A DNA stretch of 52,912 bases from Flavobacteriaceae bacterium (GTDB lineage: Bacteria; Bacteroidota; Bacteroidia; Flavobacteriales; Flavobacteriaceae): NCBI GenBank assembly GCA_023258055.1, contig JALRAI010000001.1, positions 1-52,912 of the forward strand, given 5' to 3'. Every line of letters begins with the position of its first letter. The first letter of the stretch is position 1. The position numbers and the translations under genes are program-made. Under the pieces are notes generated by a model. The model was given only the letters and a program-made list of their open reading frames with translations, searched no databases and was not told where the DNA came from. Shown here piece after piece: positions 36,173-44,673 of the stretch.

Positions 36173-37432
36173 TTAGTCCATACGCAAGGCATCTACAGGC
36201 TTCATCTGAGTGGCACGCGTCGCAGGAATCATTCCCGCAAGTAGTCCCGATAAAACTAAGATCGCCAGGGCAATAAATATTACTCCTACACTCACTGAGG
36301 GGTTTGCAAAATTTTCTACCGTGCCCGCAGCGTCGAGTAAGGTATTCATGACCCAAATTAATCCCGCAGCAAAGCTAATCCCGGCCATTCCCGAGATGAG
36401 GGTTAAAACCATGGATTCCTGTAAGACTTGGCCGCGAATCTCTCTCGGGGTTGCGCCAAGAGCTCGTCTTATGCCTATTTCTTTGGTGCGTTCCTTAACC
36501 ACAATCAACATAATGTTACTGATGCCAATAACGCCAGACATAAGCACCAATGCCCCAACGAAATAGCCGACAAAACTCAAAATGGCAAACAAGCCCGTTA
36601 TCTTTTCAAATTGTTCCGCCAGGTCGAAATGGCCTATGGCACGCTCATCGTCAGGATGCACCTTATGGGCCGCACGCATTTCTTTCATGATTTGTGGCTT
36701 AATCTGGGTAATCGGTACCTCATCAATAGCCGTAATGGCCATCCAACCCACGATATCCCCGTAATTAAAGGCTTTGCCAAAAGTGGTAAAGGGGATATAA
36801 ATCGTATTGGCGTCTTCTTGATTGTCCCCTTGACTTGTGGTTTTTTTAACCACCCCGATGACCATAAAATTAATCCCGTTTATTTTGATATAAGACCCAA
36901 TGGGATCCTCGCCTAAATCGTAAAGACTTTTGATGACATCGGTCCCGACCACCGCTACTTTTCGCTCCTCTTGAATATCCGAGTAAGAAATGAACCGTCC
37001 ATTTAATATGTCTAAAGGCTCTTGATTGATATACTCAGGGTTGTCTCCATAAATATTGAATGCACCGGTTTTATCCCCGCGCGTTACATTATTGGATCCG
37101 CGAAATCCGCCGAGTTGATTTCTAGGTGAGACAAAACGCAACTGTGGAAATTTCTCTTTGAGTAATGCGACGTCAGACTGTCTAAAGTTAAAACTTCGGC
37201 CCTTTGTAAAACCCTGATACGGCATTGAGGTACGCTGGGTCCACATGAAAATAGTGTTTGTGGCAAAATCACCAAAATCAGCCTGGACCCCATTTTTCAG
37301 CCCATTTGTTAAAGCCAGTAATATGACCAAAATAAAAATACCCCAGAACACCCCAAAAGCAGTCATGATCGTTCTAAAACGATTCGCGTTTAGCGCCTCC
37401 AATATTTCGTCCCAACGTTCTTTTTGCAGCAT
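36173..37432 (-). CDS. MacB/FtsX-family ABC transporter permease (no fused ATPase), paralog B
   Basis: N-terminal TM (NRFRTIMTAFGVFWGIFILVILLAL), a ~230-aa periplasmic MacB_PCD-like domain, and an FtsX C-terminal bundle (IMLIVVKERTKEIGIRRALGAT). There is a 1-nt start/stop overlap with paralog A. Confidence 0.88.
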   Translation of the reverse strand: MLQKERWDEILEALNANRFRTIMTAFGVFWGIFILVILLALTNGLKNGVQADFGDFATNTIFMWTQRTSMPYQGFTKGRSFNFRQSDVALLKEKFPQLRFVSPRNQLGGFRGSNNVTRGDKTGAFNIYGDNPEYINQEPLDILNGRFISYSDIQEERKVAVVGTDVIKSLYDLGEDPIGSYIKINGINFMVIGVVKKTTSQGDNQEDANTIYIPFTTFGKAFNYGDIVGWMAITAIDEVPITQIKPQIMKEMRAAHKVHPDDERAIGHFDLAEQFEKITGLFAILSFVGYFVGALVLMSGVIGISNIMLIVVKERTKEIGIRRALGATPREIRGQVLQESMVLTLISGMAGISFAAGLIWVMNTLLDAAGTVENFANPSVSVGVIFIALAILVLSGLLAGMIPATRATQMKPVDALRMD

Positions 37433-38676
37433 TACTCGTCTCTTAAGGCTTCGATGGGTTTGATATGAGCGGCTCTCTGTGCGGGAATAAATCCAGCCAA
37501 GGTCCCTGCGGCAATCAAGACAAAAACAGTGGTCATTGCCGTGGTGAAATCCACCTGTGGATATTTTATAAAAGCTGAATCAACCATAGGCCCAACCAGT
37601 TCTAAAAGGCCAACGCCTAAAAACAAGCCTACAAATCCAGCCAAGGCAGTAATAAATAGAGCTTCCTGAAGGATCATCCCAATAATGGACCATGGTAAAG
37701 CCCCTAGTGCTTTTCTAATGCCAATTTCTTTGGTCCGCTCCTTAACAACAATAAGCATGATATTGCTTACCCCCACTATGCCAGCGATAATGGTACCAAT
37801 ACCAATAAACCAAAATACCGCCCGAATGGTATCGATTAAGCCGTAAATCTTTTTGGCTTCCTCAAGTGTATTGAAGACCCTTACCGCCGATTGATCGTCT
37901 GGAGCGATGCTGTATTTTTGACGCAAATCATTGTCTATACTTTGAGTCATAGCTGCCGACAAAGCCACTGCCTCATCGAAATTATCACTCATTTTTACGG
38001 TATAGGCCAAAGAGCGCAATCTATCTTGAGCATTGAATACTTTTTGTGCCGTATTCAGGGGTACAAAAATGCGGTTCTCCTCGCGATTTCCTCCAGGATC
38101 GCTGTAAACCCCAACAACCACAAAATTTATACCTTGGATGTCGATTTTCTCCCCAATAGGATCTGTGTCCTTGAACAAGTCCTTTTTCATTTGATGACCA
38201 ATTACAGCAACCTTTGCTGACTGTGTTAAATCATTTTGATTGATAAAACGCCCTGAAACCATGGTTTCATTTTCAATAAACTGCTGATCTGGATAAGCCC
38301 CTTCCACGCGATAATTTCCATTTTGATCTTTATAAGTCACGGAGCCTCCCCAGATGGAAAAAATTGGGGTTTCGTATTCGATGTAATCCTGATAATTTGT
38401 GGAAATCAGATTAAAGTCTTCGTTCTTGAGTTGAATGAATCGCCCGGGATTCAGCCCCTTGTGCTCTTTGGTAGTGACCCCAGTCCAAACAGAAATTCTA
38501 TTAGTGGCGTCTTGCTCAAACTCTGACTGAACTCCTTTTTGTATGCCGGTGCTGACCCCCAATAGAATCACCAAGATAAAAATGCCGGAGGCCACAGAAA
38601 GAGCCGTAAGGAAAGTACGGAGCCTATTTTTGTTTAGGGCCTCAAAAATCTCCTGCCAACGCTCTAGACTAAACAT
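37432..38676 (-). CDS. MacB/FtsX-family ABC transporter permease (no fused ATPase), paralog A
   Basis: Same architecture as paralog B (NRLRTFLTALSVASGIFILVILLGV...; IMLIVVKERTKEIGIRKALGAL). It overlaps the ATPase gene by 8 nt. Confidence 0.88.
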   Translation of the reverse strand: MFSLERWQEIFEALNKNRLRTFLTALSVASGIFILVILLGVSTGIQKGVQSEFEQDATNRISVWTGVTTKEHKGLNPGRFIQLKNEDFNLISTNYQDYIEYETPIFSIWGGSVTYKDQNGNYRVEGAYPDQQFIENETMVSGRFINQNDLTQSAKVAVIGHQMKKDLFKDTDPIGEKIDIQGINFVVVGVYSDPGGNREENRIFVPLNTAQKVFNAQDRLRSLAYTVKMSDNFDEAVALSAAMTQSIDNDLRQKYSIAPDDQSAVRVFNTLEEAKKIYGLIDTIRAVFWFIGIGTIIAGIVGVSNIMLIVVKERTKEIGIRKALGALPWSIIGMILQEALFITALAGFVGLFLGVGLLELVGPMVDSAFIKYPQVDFTTAMTTVFVLIAAGTLAGFIPAQRAAHIKPIEALRDE

Positions 38677-39376
38677 TTAGTGCATTTTTAGCGCGGACCT
38701 GCTCCACTTGTTCATCTTTTACGATCAGTCCATCTTTGAGGTGAACCACGCGTTTACACATATGGGCAATATCCATTTCGTGGGTCACACAAAGTATGGT
38801 TTTCCCCTCATCATTGATCTCTTGAATAAGATCCATGACCTCGTATGACGTCTTAGAGTCCAAAGCTCCTGTAGGCTCGTCTGCTAAGAGTACTTTGGGA
38901 TCACTGGCCAGTGCTCGGGCGATCGCTACGCGTTGTTTTTGACCCCCAGAAAGCTCGTTTGGTAAATGTTCCGCCCAATTGGCCAGGCCTACTTTTTCGA
39001 GATAATGCATGGCCCGCTCCGTGCGCTCTTGACGCTTTATTCCCTGATAATAAAGAGGCATGGCCACATTGTCCAAAGCTGATTTGTACGAAATCAGATT
39101 AAATGATTGAAAGATGAATCCCAAAAACTGATTGCGATAACGCGCTGCAAGGGTTTCATTCAAGTTTTTTATGGATGTTCCATCTAAAACATAGCGCCCA
39201 CTGTCTGCCTCATCGAGCATCCCTAAAATATTGAGAAAGGTCGATTTTCCCGAGCCAGAGGAACCCATAATAGCGACCATCTCACCCGAATTAACAGAAA
39301 AGTTGATGCCTTTAAGTACGTGCAATTGGTTTTGCCCTACCGCGTAGGACTTATGTAGGTTGTCTATTTCAATCAT
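38669..39376 (-). CDS. ABC transporter ATP-binding protein (MacB/LolD-type stand-alone NBD)
   Basis: Walker A GSSGSGKST, signature LSGGQKQRVAIARAL, Walker B LLADEPTGALD, H-loop VTHE. Confidence 0.92.
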   Translation of the reverse strand: MIEIDNLHKSYAVGQNQLHVLKGINFSVNSGEMVAIMGSSGSGKSTFLNILGMLDEADSGRYVLDGTSIKNLNETLAARYRNQFLGFIFQSFNLISYKSALDNVAMPLYYQGIKRQERTERAMHYLEKVGLANWAEHLPNELSGGQKQRVAIARALASDPKVLLADEPTGALDSKTSYEVMDLIQEINDEGKTILCVTHEMDIAHMCKRVVHLKDGLIVKDEQVEQVRAKNALNV

Positions 39377-39435
39377 TGCGGCTGCTTAGGCCCCAAAAAT
39401 AAACCCCTAAAAGCGATAATTGTGTGAAATCTTTG

Positions 39436-39672
39436 TTAAGACTTTGATCGTCTTATTTTGTAGACGGCATAACCCACCGCGCCAACCAGTAAATAGGGAA
39501 ATATCATTAAATAAACGATACCATTATTGATGCCTTTGGCTGCTTGTCCTGAAGCATCGCTCTCCAGTACTGCGCGACACATAGCACATTGGCCATAAGA
39601 TGGAGAAAGTTGAACCGTGACCAGCCATATGATCAAGGCGAGCCATCCCCATTTGGCACATAATTTAGGCAT
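39436..39672 (-). CDS. Small exported/membrane-anchored CxxC protein
   Basis: 78 aa with a signal-like N-terminus (WGWLALIIWLVTVQLSPSYGQ), CAMC directly after the predicted cleavage site, and a C-terminal TM helix plus KIRRSKS. Its ATG overlaps the DUF420 gene by 8 nt, which implies translational coupling. Confidence 0.5.
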   Translation of the reverse strand: MPKLCAKWGWLALIIWLVTVQLSPSYGQCAMCRAVLESDASGQAAKGINNGIVYLMIFPYLLVGAVGYAVYKIRRSKS

Positions 39673-40189
39673 AGTAAGGCGAAATCATTAAATAGACAAT
39701 TACCCCGGTTACTGCGACATAAAGCCATATGGGAAAAGTGATTTTGGCTATTTTCTTATGACTTTTGAAATCCTCTATACTCGCGTAATAATAGGTGAAG
39801 AGCACCAGAGGAATCACAGTTATGGATAAAACGATATGACTTACCAAAATGAAATAATAGAGTCCCTTTATAAATCCTTCACCGCCAAATGGCGTCGGGT
39901 CTGAAGTCATGTGATACGCTACATACATAACTAGAAAGGCGATCGAACACAAAATAGCAATAGACATCAGACGCTCATGCGTGGCGCGATTCCCTTTTTT
40001 TATTTGCATTACGGCAGCCACCAATAGCAAAGCTGTTATGCCATTAATCGTAGCATAAATGGGCGGTAAAAACATAAGTGGTTCTACCTCGGGAAGGCGC
40101 ACGCGAAACAAAATCGCCACCACCACTGGAATTAATGCCGAGAGGGACCAAATGAAAAATTTATACCGAGACTGTAAATACTCTTTCAT
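39665..40189 (-). CDS. DUF420-family integral membrane protein (oxidase-associated)
   Basis: 174 aa with ~5 TM helices. Position directly after SCO in a cytochrome oxidase accessory block is the typical DUF420 context. The family call rests on size, topology and synteny. Confidence 0.65.
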   Translation of the reverse strand: MKEYLQSRYKFFIWSLSALIPVVVAILFRVRLPEVEPLMFLPPIYATINGITALLLVAAVMQIKKGNRATHERLMSIAILCSIAFLVMYVAYHMTSDPTPFGGEGFIKGLYYFILVSHIVLSITVIPLVLFTYYYASIEDFKSHKKIAKITFPIWLYVAVTGVIVYLMISPYYA

Positions 40190-40191
40190 GA

Positions 40192-40878
40192 TTATTCCTT
40201 TAATAGCACGCTAATATCGTTAATTAATTTGGAAACCTGATCGACTTCCAAACCGTCGTAATAGATTATGGGGTTTCCGTATTGATCAAAGCGCGATCGA
40301 ATCATTCCTTTTTCATCTACCAAAGCAAAAAAACCAGAATGTTCAAACCCCCCATCAATTTCGGCCCCTTCTCCTACATAAAGATTGAAGCCTTTATTGG
40401 CAATATCATAGATCTCATCCTGAGGGCCCGTGAGTAGGTGCCAATTCGGATGGCTGATCCCATATTTCTGTGCATAGGCGCTCAAAACTTCTGGGGTGTC
40501 AAAAGTCGGATTTATCGTTATGGAAATAAGACTTATCCCCAGCTCATCCGTAAAAGCGGATTGCACCTTTAGCAGGTTCTGGGTCATTATCGGACAAATC
40601 GATGGACAGGTGGTGAAAAAAAACTCAACCACATAAATTTGCCCTCGCAATTGGGAGCTCGAAAATGCTGCCCCAGTTTGATCCGTCAACAAAAATTCAG
40701 GCGCTGGTCCTATAGTGGCCATATCCACATTATTTTGCGCAGCGTGCTCAAGATTATGTCGATCTCGATCTACAATTTGCTCCCCTTTGATCCTTGAAAT
40801 TATTTTTGGAATAAAAATGATGCCGAAAATAAGCAGGACAAAAGTGAGTCCGACATAGGAGTAATTTGGTTTTTTCAT
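40192..40878 (-). CDS. SCO1/SenC-family copper chaperone (thioredoxin fold)
   Basis: N-terminal TM anchor, FFFTTCPSICP (CxxxC), and a downstream conserved His region (GGFEHSGFFALVD). Confidence 0.85.
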   Translation of the reverse strand: MKKPNYSYVGLTFVLLIFGIIFIPKIISRIKGEQIVDRDRHNLEHAAQNNVDMATIGPAPEFLLTDQTGAAFSSSQLRGQIYVVEFFFTTCPSICPIMTQNLLKVQSAFTDELGISLISITINPTFDTPEVLSAYAQKYGISHPNWHLLTGPQDEIYDIANKGFNLYVGEGAEIDGGFEHSGFFALVDEKGMIRSRFDQYGNPIIYYDGLEVDQVSKLINDISVLLKE

Positions 40879-40880
40879 GA

Positions 40881-41531
40881 CTACTTTTTACGCCCAGATT
40901 TATACTTTTTTAAGGCTAATCGATATTCAGCCAAAATAATTTTTATATCGTCATTCATCTCATTGTTGATGATGGCATAGTTTGCCGCATTGTAGCCCCA
41001 GCCGAATTCTTGGTATTGGCTTTGCTCACGCCCTCTGAGTTGACTCTCTTTGTCGATTATATAAACATAGGATGATGCCCCGAGTTCATCTAAGGGATGC
41101 GGGGTGTTTAATTGCTGATGAATTTCAGTAATACTGTCCAGATTAGTTAATGCCACTCGAAAATTGACTGGATCCGCGATTTGAGCAAACTCTTGTTTTA
41201 ACGCAATGACCGCAGAATCCTGATCTCTTGTGGCCAAAAAAAGCATTTGAAAATCCTCAAATTGATAGTTCTTTTTATAGATTTTATGGGCTAGATTGAA
41301 GACCTCTGCCTTGTGATTGAGGACGTCTTGACCGAGAAAACCAAGGATGGTAATCTTATCAATTGTCGTAAGATCACGACCATTTTGATCGACCAAAGTA
41401 TTGATAAAAATCGGCTTTTCGCTCAATTTTGGGAGCTTGGCAAATTGATTAACCCCACTGGCAAAAAACAAATAAACCGTAATGGGTAAAACAAATAAAA
41501 TTCCGAGAACTAAATACTTTTTCCAACCCAT
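40881..41531 (-). CDS. Membrane-anchored hypothetical protein, possibly a Cys-less SCO/thioredoxin-like paralog
   Basis: N-terminal TM (KKYLVLGILFVLPITVYLFF). The segment KITILGFLGQDVLNHKAEVFNLAHKIY lines up with the SCO strand-CxxxC-helix (YVVEFFFTTCPSICPIMTQNLLKV) but has no cysteines. The track start at 41549 is TTG; ATG at 41531. It ends 2 nt upstream of SCO. Confidence 0.5.
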   Translation of the reverse strand: MGWKKYLVLGILFVLPITVYLFFASGVNQFAKLPKLSEKPIFINTLVDQNGRDLTTIDKITILGFLGQDVLNHKAEVFNLAHKIYKKNYQFEDFQMLFLATRDQDSAVIALKQEFAQIADPVNFRVALTNLDSITEIHQQLNTPHPLDELGASSYVYIIDKESQLRGREQSQYQEFGWGYNAANYAIINNEMNDDIKIILAEYRLALKKYKSGRKK

Positions 41532-41587
41532 GATGCAAGTTTTAAACAAAAATACAATGCCAAGGGGATATGCAGAAATATATTCAA

Positions 41588-41612
41588 CAAAAAAGGCCCC
41601 GATCCGGAGCCT
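41588..41612 (-). terminator. Probable terminator after the subunit-IV gene
   Basis: The minus strand reads AGGCTCCG-gat-CGGGGCCT (8 bp including one G-U pair) followed by T6. Confidence 0.5.
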
Positions 41613-41651
41613 TTGTAATTTTATAAACGCACTTAAAACAGTGGCTTTGAC

Positions 41652-42035
41652 TTAAAAATTGAACTTAATGAAGTTGTTTTTATAAACATCAAAAATATAA
41701 TCTGCCTCTACCAGTAGAATGGCGATCAAATAACAAATCAAGAAGACACCAGTCCAAACTACAGCGCGACGTAATCCAGTTTTTTCATCACGCATGTGCA
41801 TAAAATCCCAGGTGATGTAATAGGCTTTAACTAGAGTCAAAATGATAAAGATCCAGTTCAAATATTTCATCGTCAAGAAACGACCATGAACCAGCATTTC
41901 TGGTTTAACGATCCCCAAAACTACCTCAACGGCAGTTACCACACACAAGAAGGCAAATACACCCCAAATCTTTTGGATGTTTGAATTGAACTTTACCAGT
42001 CCTCTGAATATCTCTAATTTATGTTCGTGTCCCAT
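41652..42035 (-). CDS. Cytochrome c oxidase subunit IV-family small membrane protein
   Basis: 127 aa with 3 TM helices, directly downstream of the subunit III genes. Called from size, topology and synteny. Confidence 0.65.
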   Translation of the reverse strand: MGHEHKLEIFRGLVKFNSNIQKIWGVFAFLCVVTAVEVVLGIVKPEMLVHGRFLTMKYLNWIFIILTLVKAYYITWDFMHMRDEKTGLRRAVVWTGVFLICYLIAILLVEADYIFDVYKNNFIKFNF

Positions 42036-42049
42036 GGTATACTAAAGAA

Positions 42050-43033
42050 TTAAACCAGATAAAAGAATGTGAATACAAAGACCCAGACCAAATCTACAAA
42101 GTGCCAGTAAAGTCCTACCTTTTCTACCATTTCGTAACTCTTGCGGCGCTCGTAAGTCCCGATAATTACATTAAAAAATATGATAATATTGATGACGACT
42201 CCAGAGAATACGTGGAATCCGTGGAAACCAGTAATAAAGAAAAAGAAATCGGCAAAAAGTGGATGGCCGTATTCATTGTGTCTTAGGTTTGCCCCTTCGA
42301 CGACCATTTTCCCGTCATTCATTAATTTTTCTATCGACGCCTCACGAGATAAGACTGTAGGGTGTCCATTTTCATCGAGGTATTGTGTGCGAATAAGCAG
42401 GTTTTCATTAGCCAGAAAACCTTGTTGCACCTCCGCCAAATTGTAGGTTGTTAATGTGACTGGCTCTTCATAGTGCCACACCCCATTTTTGCGCTCGTGA
42501 GTCACACGGTCACCAGGAATATCCACCGCAAAATCAGCAATCGCAACGCGGTCTCCATTGGTGTCTAAAAATTGTAAAATACGCCCTCCATTGGTCTCTA
42601 CCGCACCGTAGTCTCCTTTTATGAAGGTGGCCCATTCCCAGGCCTGAGAACCTACGAAAATACCCCCACCAATAATGGTGAAAAACATATACCAAGCCAC
42701 TTTGCTCTGTTGCATCTTATGTCCCGCATCCACCGCCAATACCATGGTAACTGATGAGAATATCAACACTAGAGTCATAAAGGCCACATAGTACATCGGC
42801 GCAGGAACCCCATGTAAAAAGGGCACGTGAGTGAAAACCTCATCGGCTATCGGCCATGCATCAATAAATTTAAATCTAGAAAATCCATAAGAGGCAATGA
42901 ACCCCGAAAAAGTCAAGGCATCAGAAAGGATGAAAAACCACATCATCATCTTTCCATAACTCGCGCTGAATGGTCGAGTTCCTCCACCCCATGTCTTTCC
43001 TTCGGTACCTGTTTTGGCTACGGTAGCTTCCAT
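42050..43033 (-). CDS. Heme-copper oxidase subunit III-family protein with a large soluble insertion
   Basis: Subunit-III hallmarks are present (FFFITGFHGFHVFSGV; GLYWHFVDLVWVFVFTFFY). A ~115-aa hydrophilic insert (~aa 140-255) lies between TM helices. Confidence 0.8.
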   Translation of the reverse strand: MEATVAKTGTEGKTWGGGTRPFSASYGKMMMWFFILSDALTFSGFIASYGFSRFKFIDAWPIADEVFTHVPFLHGVPAPMYYVAFMTLVLIFSSVTMVLAVDAGHKMQQSKVAWYMFFTIIGGGIFVGSQAWEWATFIKGDYGAVETNGGRILQFLDTNGDRVAIADFAVDIPGDRVTHERKNGVWHYEEPVTLTTYNLAEVQQGFLANENLLIRTQYLDENGHPTVLSREASIEKLMNDGKMVVEGANLRHNEYGHPLFADFFFFITGFHGFHVFSGVVINIIIFFNVIIGTYERRKSYEMVEKVGLYWHFVDLVWVFVFTFFYLV

Positions 43034-43074
43034 AAATTATTGGTGTATTTAGAGTGCAAAAATAGGCATTATTT

Positions 43075-43659
43075 TTATCTGACGAAATAGAAAAACAAAA
43101 AGAGGTAAAGCCACAGCCCATCCACAAAATGCCAAAAAAGTGCGGCCAGTTCTACCCCCAAGGTTTTCCCAAAAACATAACGCTGTTTATAATGATTATA
43201 AATTACCACGCTCAAGGCAATTAAGGCAGCAAGAACGTGGAATAAATGCAATACCACGATCAAAAAAATAAAGGTGTAGGCGATACTGCTTGTGGGCCCC
43301 GTAAAGGCAAAACCAAAATCATTGTAAATTTGACTAAAGCCAAGGTATTGAAGTATCATAAAAGCGACACCTAACACCCATGTGCTCCATAGCAGTAAAC
43401 CACCCTTTTGGTGTTGCTCTTTTTGAATCACTCTTTTGGCCCATTCAAAAGTCAAACTACTGAACAATATCACTACTAAACTCCAGCCAAAAGCCGAAGG
43501 CAAGACTAAGTTTTCTAACCAATCCGCACGCTCCTTACTGACCACATAGGCACTGGTTAAGCCCGCAAAGCTCATGGCAAGTGAGATCATTGAAAACCAT
43601 AGTAGCATCTTTTTGGCTTTGTTGCGCTGATCCAATTCTGTTTGTTCACTTAAACTCAT
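43075..43659 (-). CDS. Heme-copper oxidase subunit III-family protein (short 5-TM CtaE-like form)
   Basis: LHLFHVLAALIAL and ALFWHFVDGLWLYLFLFFY are subunit III signatures. Size is 194 aa. Confidence 0.8.
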   Translation of the reverse strand: MSLSEQTELDQRNKAKKMLLWFSMISLAMSFAGLTSAYVVSKERADWLENLVLPSAFGWSLVVILFSSLTFEWAKRVIQKEQHQKGGLLLWSTWVLGVAFMILQYLGFSQIYNDFGFAFTGPTSSIAYTFIFLIVVLHLFHVLAALIALSVVIYNHYKQRYVFGKTLGVELAALFWHFVDGLWLYLFLFFYFVR

Positions 43660-44552
43660 TGTATGAAGAATTTATCGATGATAAAGATGATCTGTATTAA
43701 AGTAAGGTAAGCCACACTGACTAACATTAATTTTTTTGCAGCCTGAGCGGTTCTACGTCGATACAATCGCAAAGCGGCCCATATGAGCCACACCCCTAGC
43801 ACAGCCACTAAAGCGCCCGAATAAAGGGTGATATATAGTGTGCCGGTTTTATGGGCTACAGGAATCAGGGCGGTGAGGGCCGTCCAAATACTGTACAAAA
43901 CAATTTGCAGCGCTGTCCCCTTATCGGGTTTACCCGTGGGCAACATTTGAAAGCCCGCTCTTTTGTAATCCTCATCTAAAAACCAACCAATAGCCCAAAA
44001 ATGAGGGAATTGCCAAAAAAATTGAATCATAAACAGTGTACCCGGCTCAATACCAAAAGAACCCGTGGCCGCGACCCAACCCAGCATAAAAGGAATCGCT
44101 CCTGGAAAAGCACCGACAAAGACCGAAAGAGGTGTTTTTGTTTTTAGCGGGGTGTATACACTGACATATAAAAAAATAGAAACCGCGCCAAACATGGCTG
44201 TTTTTGGGTTGATCCAATAAAGTGCGATAAGACCGATAGACGTTAAAAATAGTCCGAGCAGCAAAGCGCGATTTACGCTCATCTGCCCTGCCGGTAAGGG
44301 TCGTGATTTCGTACGCTCCATAAGGGCATCCAAATCACGTTCTATAATTTGATTGAAAACATTGGAGGCGCCCACCATACAATAGCCCCCGAGCATCAAT
44401 AAAGCAAGTACCTCAAAATGAATTACATCGGCCCCGAGAAAAAATCCAGCAACGGATGAAAATAAGACACTTATGGACAATCTGAATTTGGTTATTTCTT
44501 TAAAAATAAACCAAGAGGAGGGTTGATGAGATATGGTAGTGGCTTGAGACAA
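43656..44552 (-). CDS. cyoE: Protoheme IX farnesyltransferase (heme O synthase)
   Basis: UbiA-family motifs NQIIERDLDALMERTKSRPLPAG and a second Asp-rich region, with ~9 TM helices. The start codon at 44552 is TTG, so the exact start is uncertain. It overlaps the next gene by 4 nt. Confidence 0.88.
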   Translation of the reverse strand: MSQATTISHQPSSWFIFKEITKFRLSISVLFSSVAGFFLGADVIHFEVLALLMLGGYCMVGASNVFNQIIERDLDALMERTKSRPLPAGQMSVNRALLLGLFLTSIGLIALYWINPKTAMFGAVSIFLYVSVYTPLKTKTPLSVFVGAFPGAIPFMLGWVAATGSFGIEPGTLFMIQFFWQFPHFWAIGWFLDEDYKRAGFQMLPTGKPDKGTALQIVLYSIWTALTALIPVAHKTGTLYITLYSGALVAVLGVWLIWAALRLYRRRTAQAAKKLMLVSVAYLTLIQIIFIIDKFFIQ

Positions 44553-44673
44553 TACTGGGCTTTAAACTCGTGGCAAATATACGTGATGCACAGCTTTTTT
44601 CACAACTAATAAATCATAATGTTGGGGCCGTAAACATACTTTTCTTACCTTCGACATCTTAAACTTCTTTACA

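Noticed and set aside
36007-36356. Small track ORFs 36007-36192 (-) and 36159-36356 (-) at the permease B / adaptor 1 junction
   Set aside because: They overlap the well-supported permease and adaptor genes in other frames, and the Cys/Arg-rich composition is typical of out-of-frame translation.
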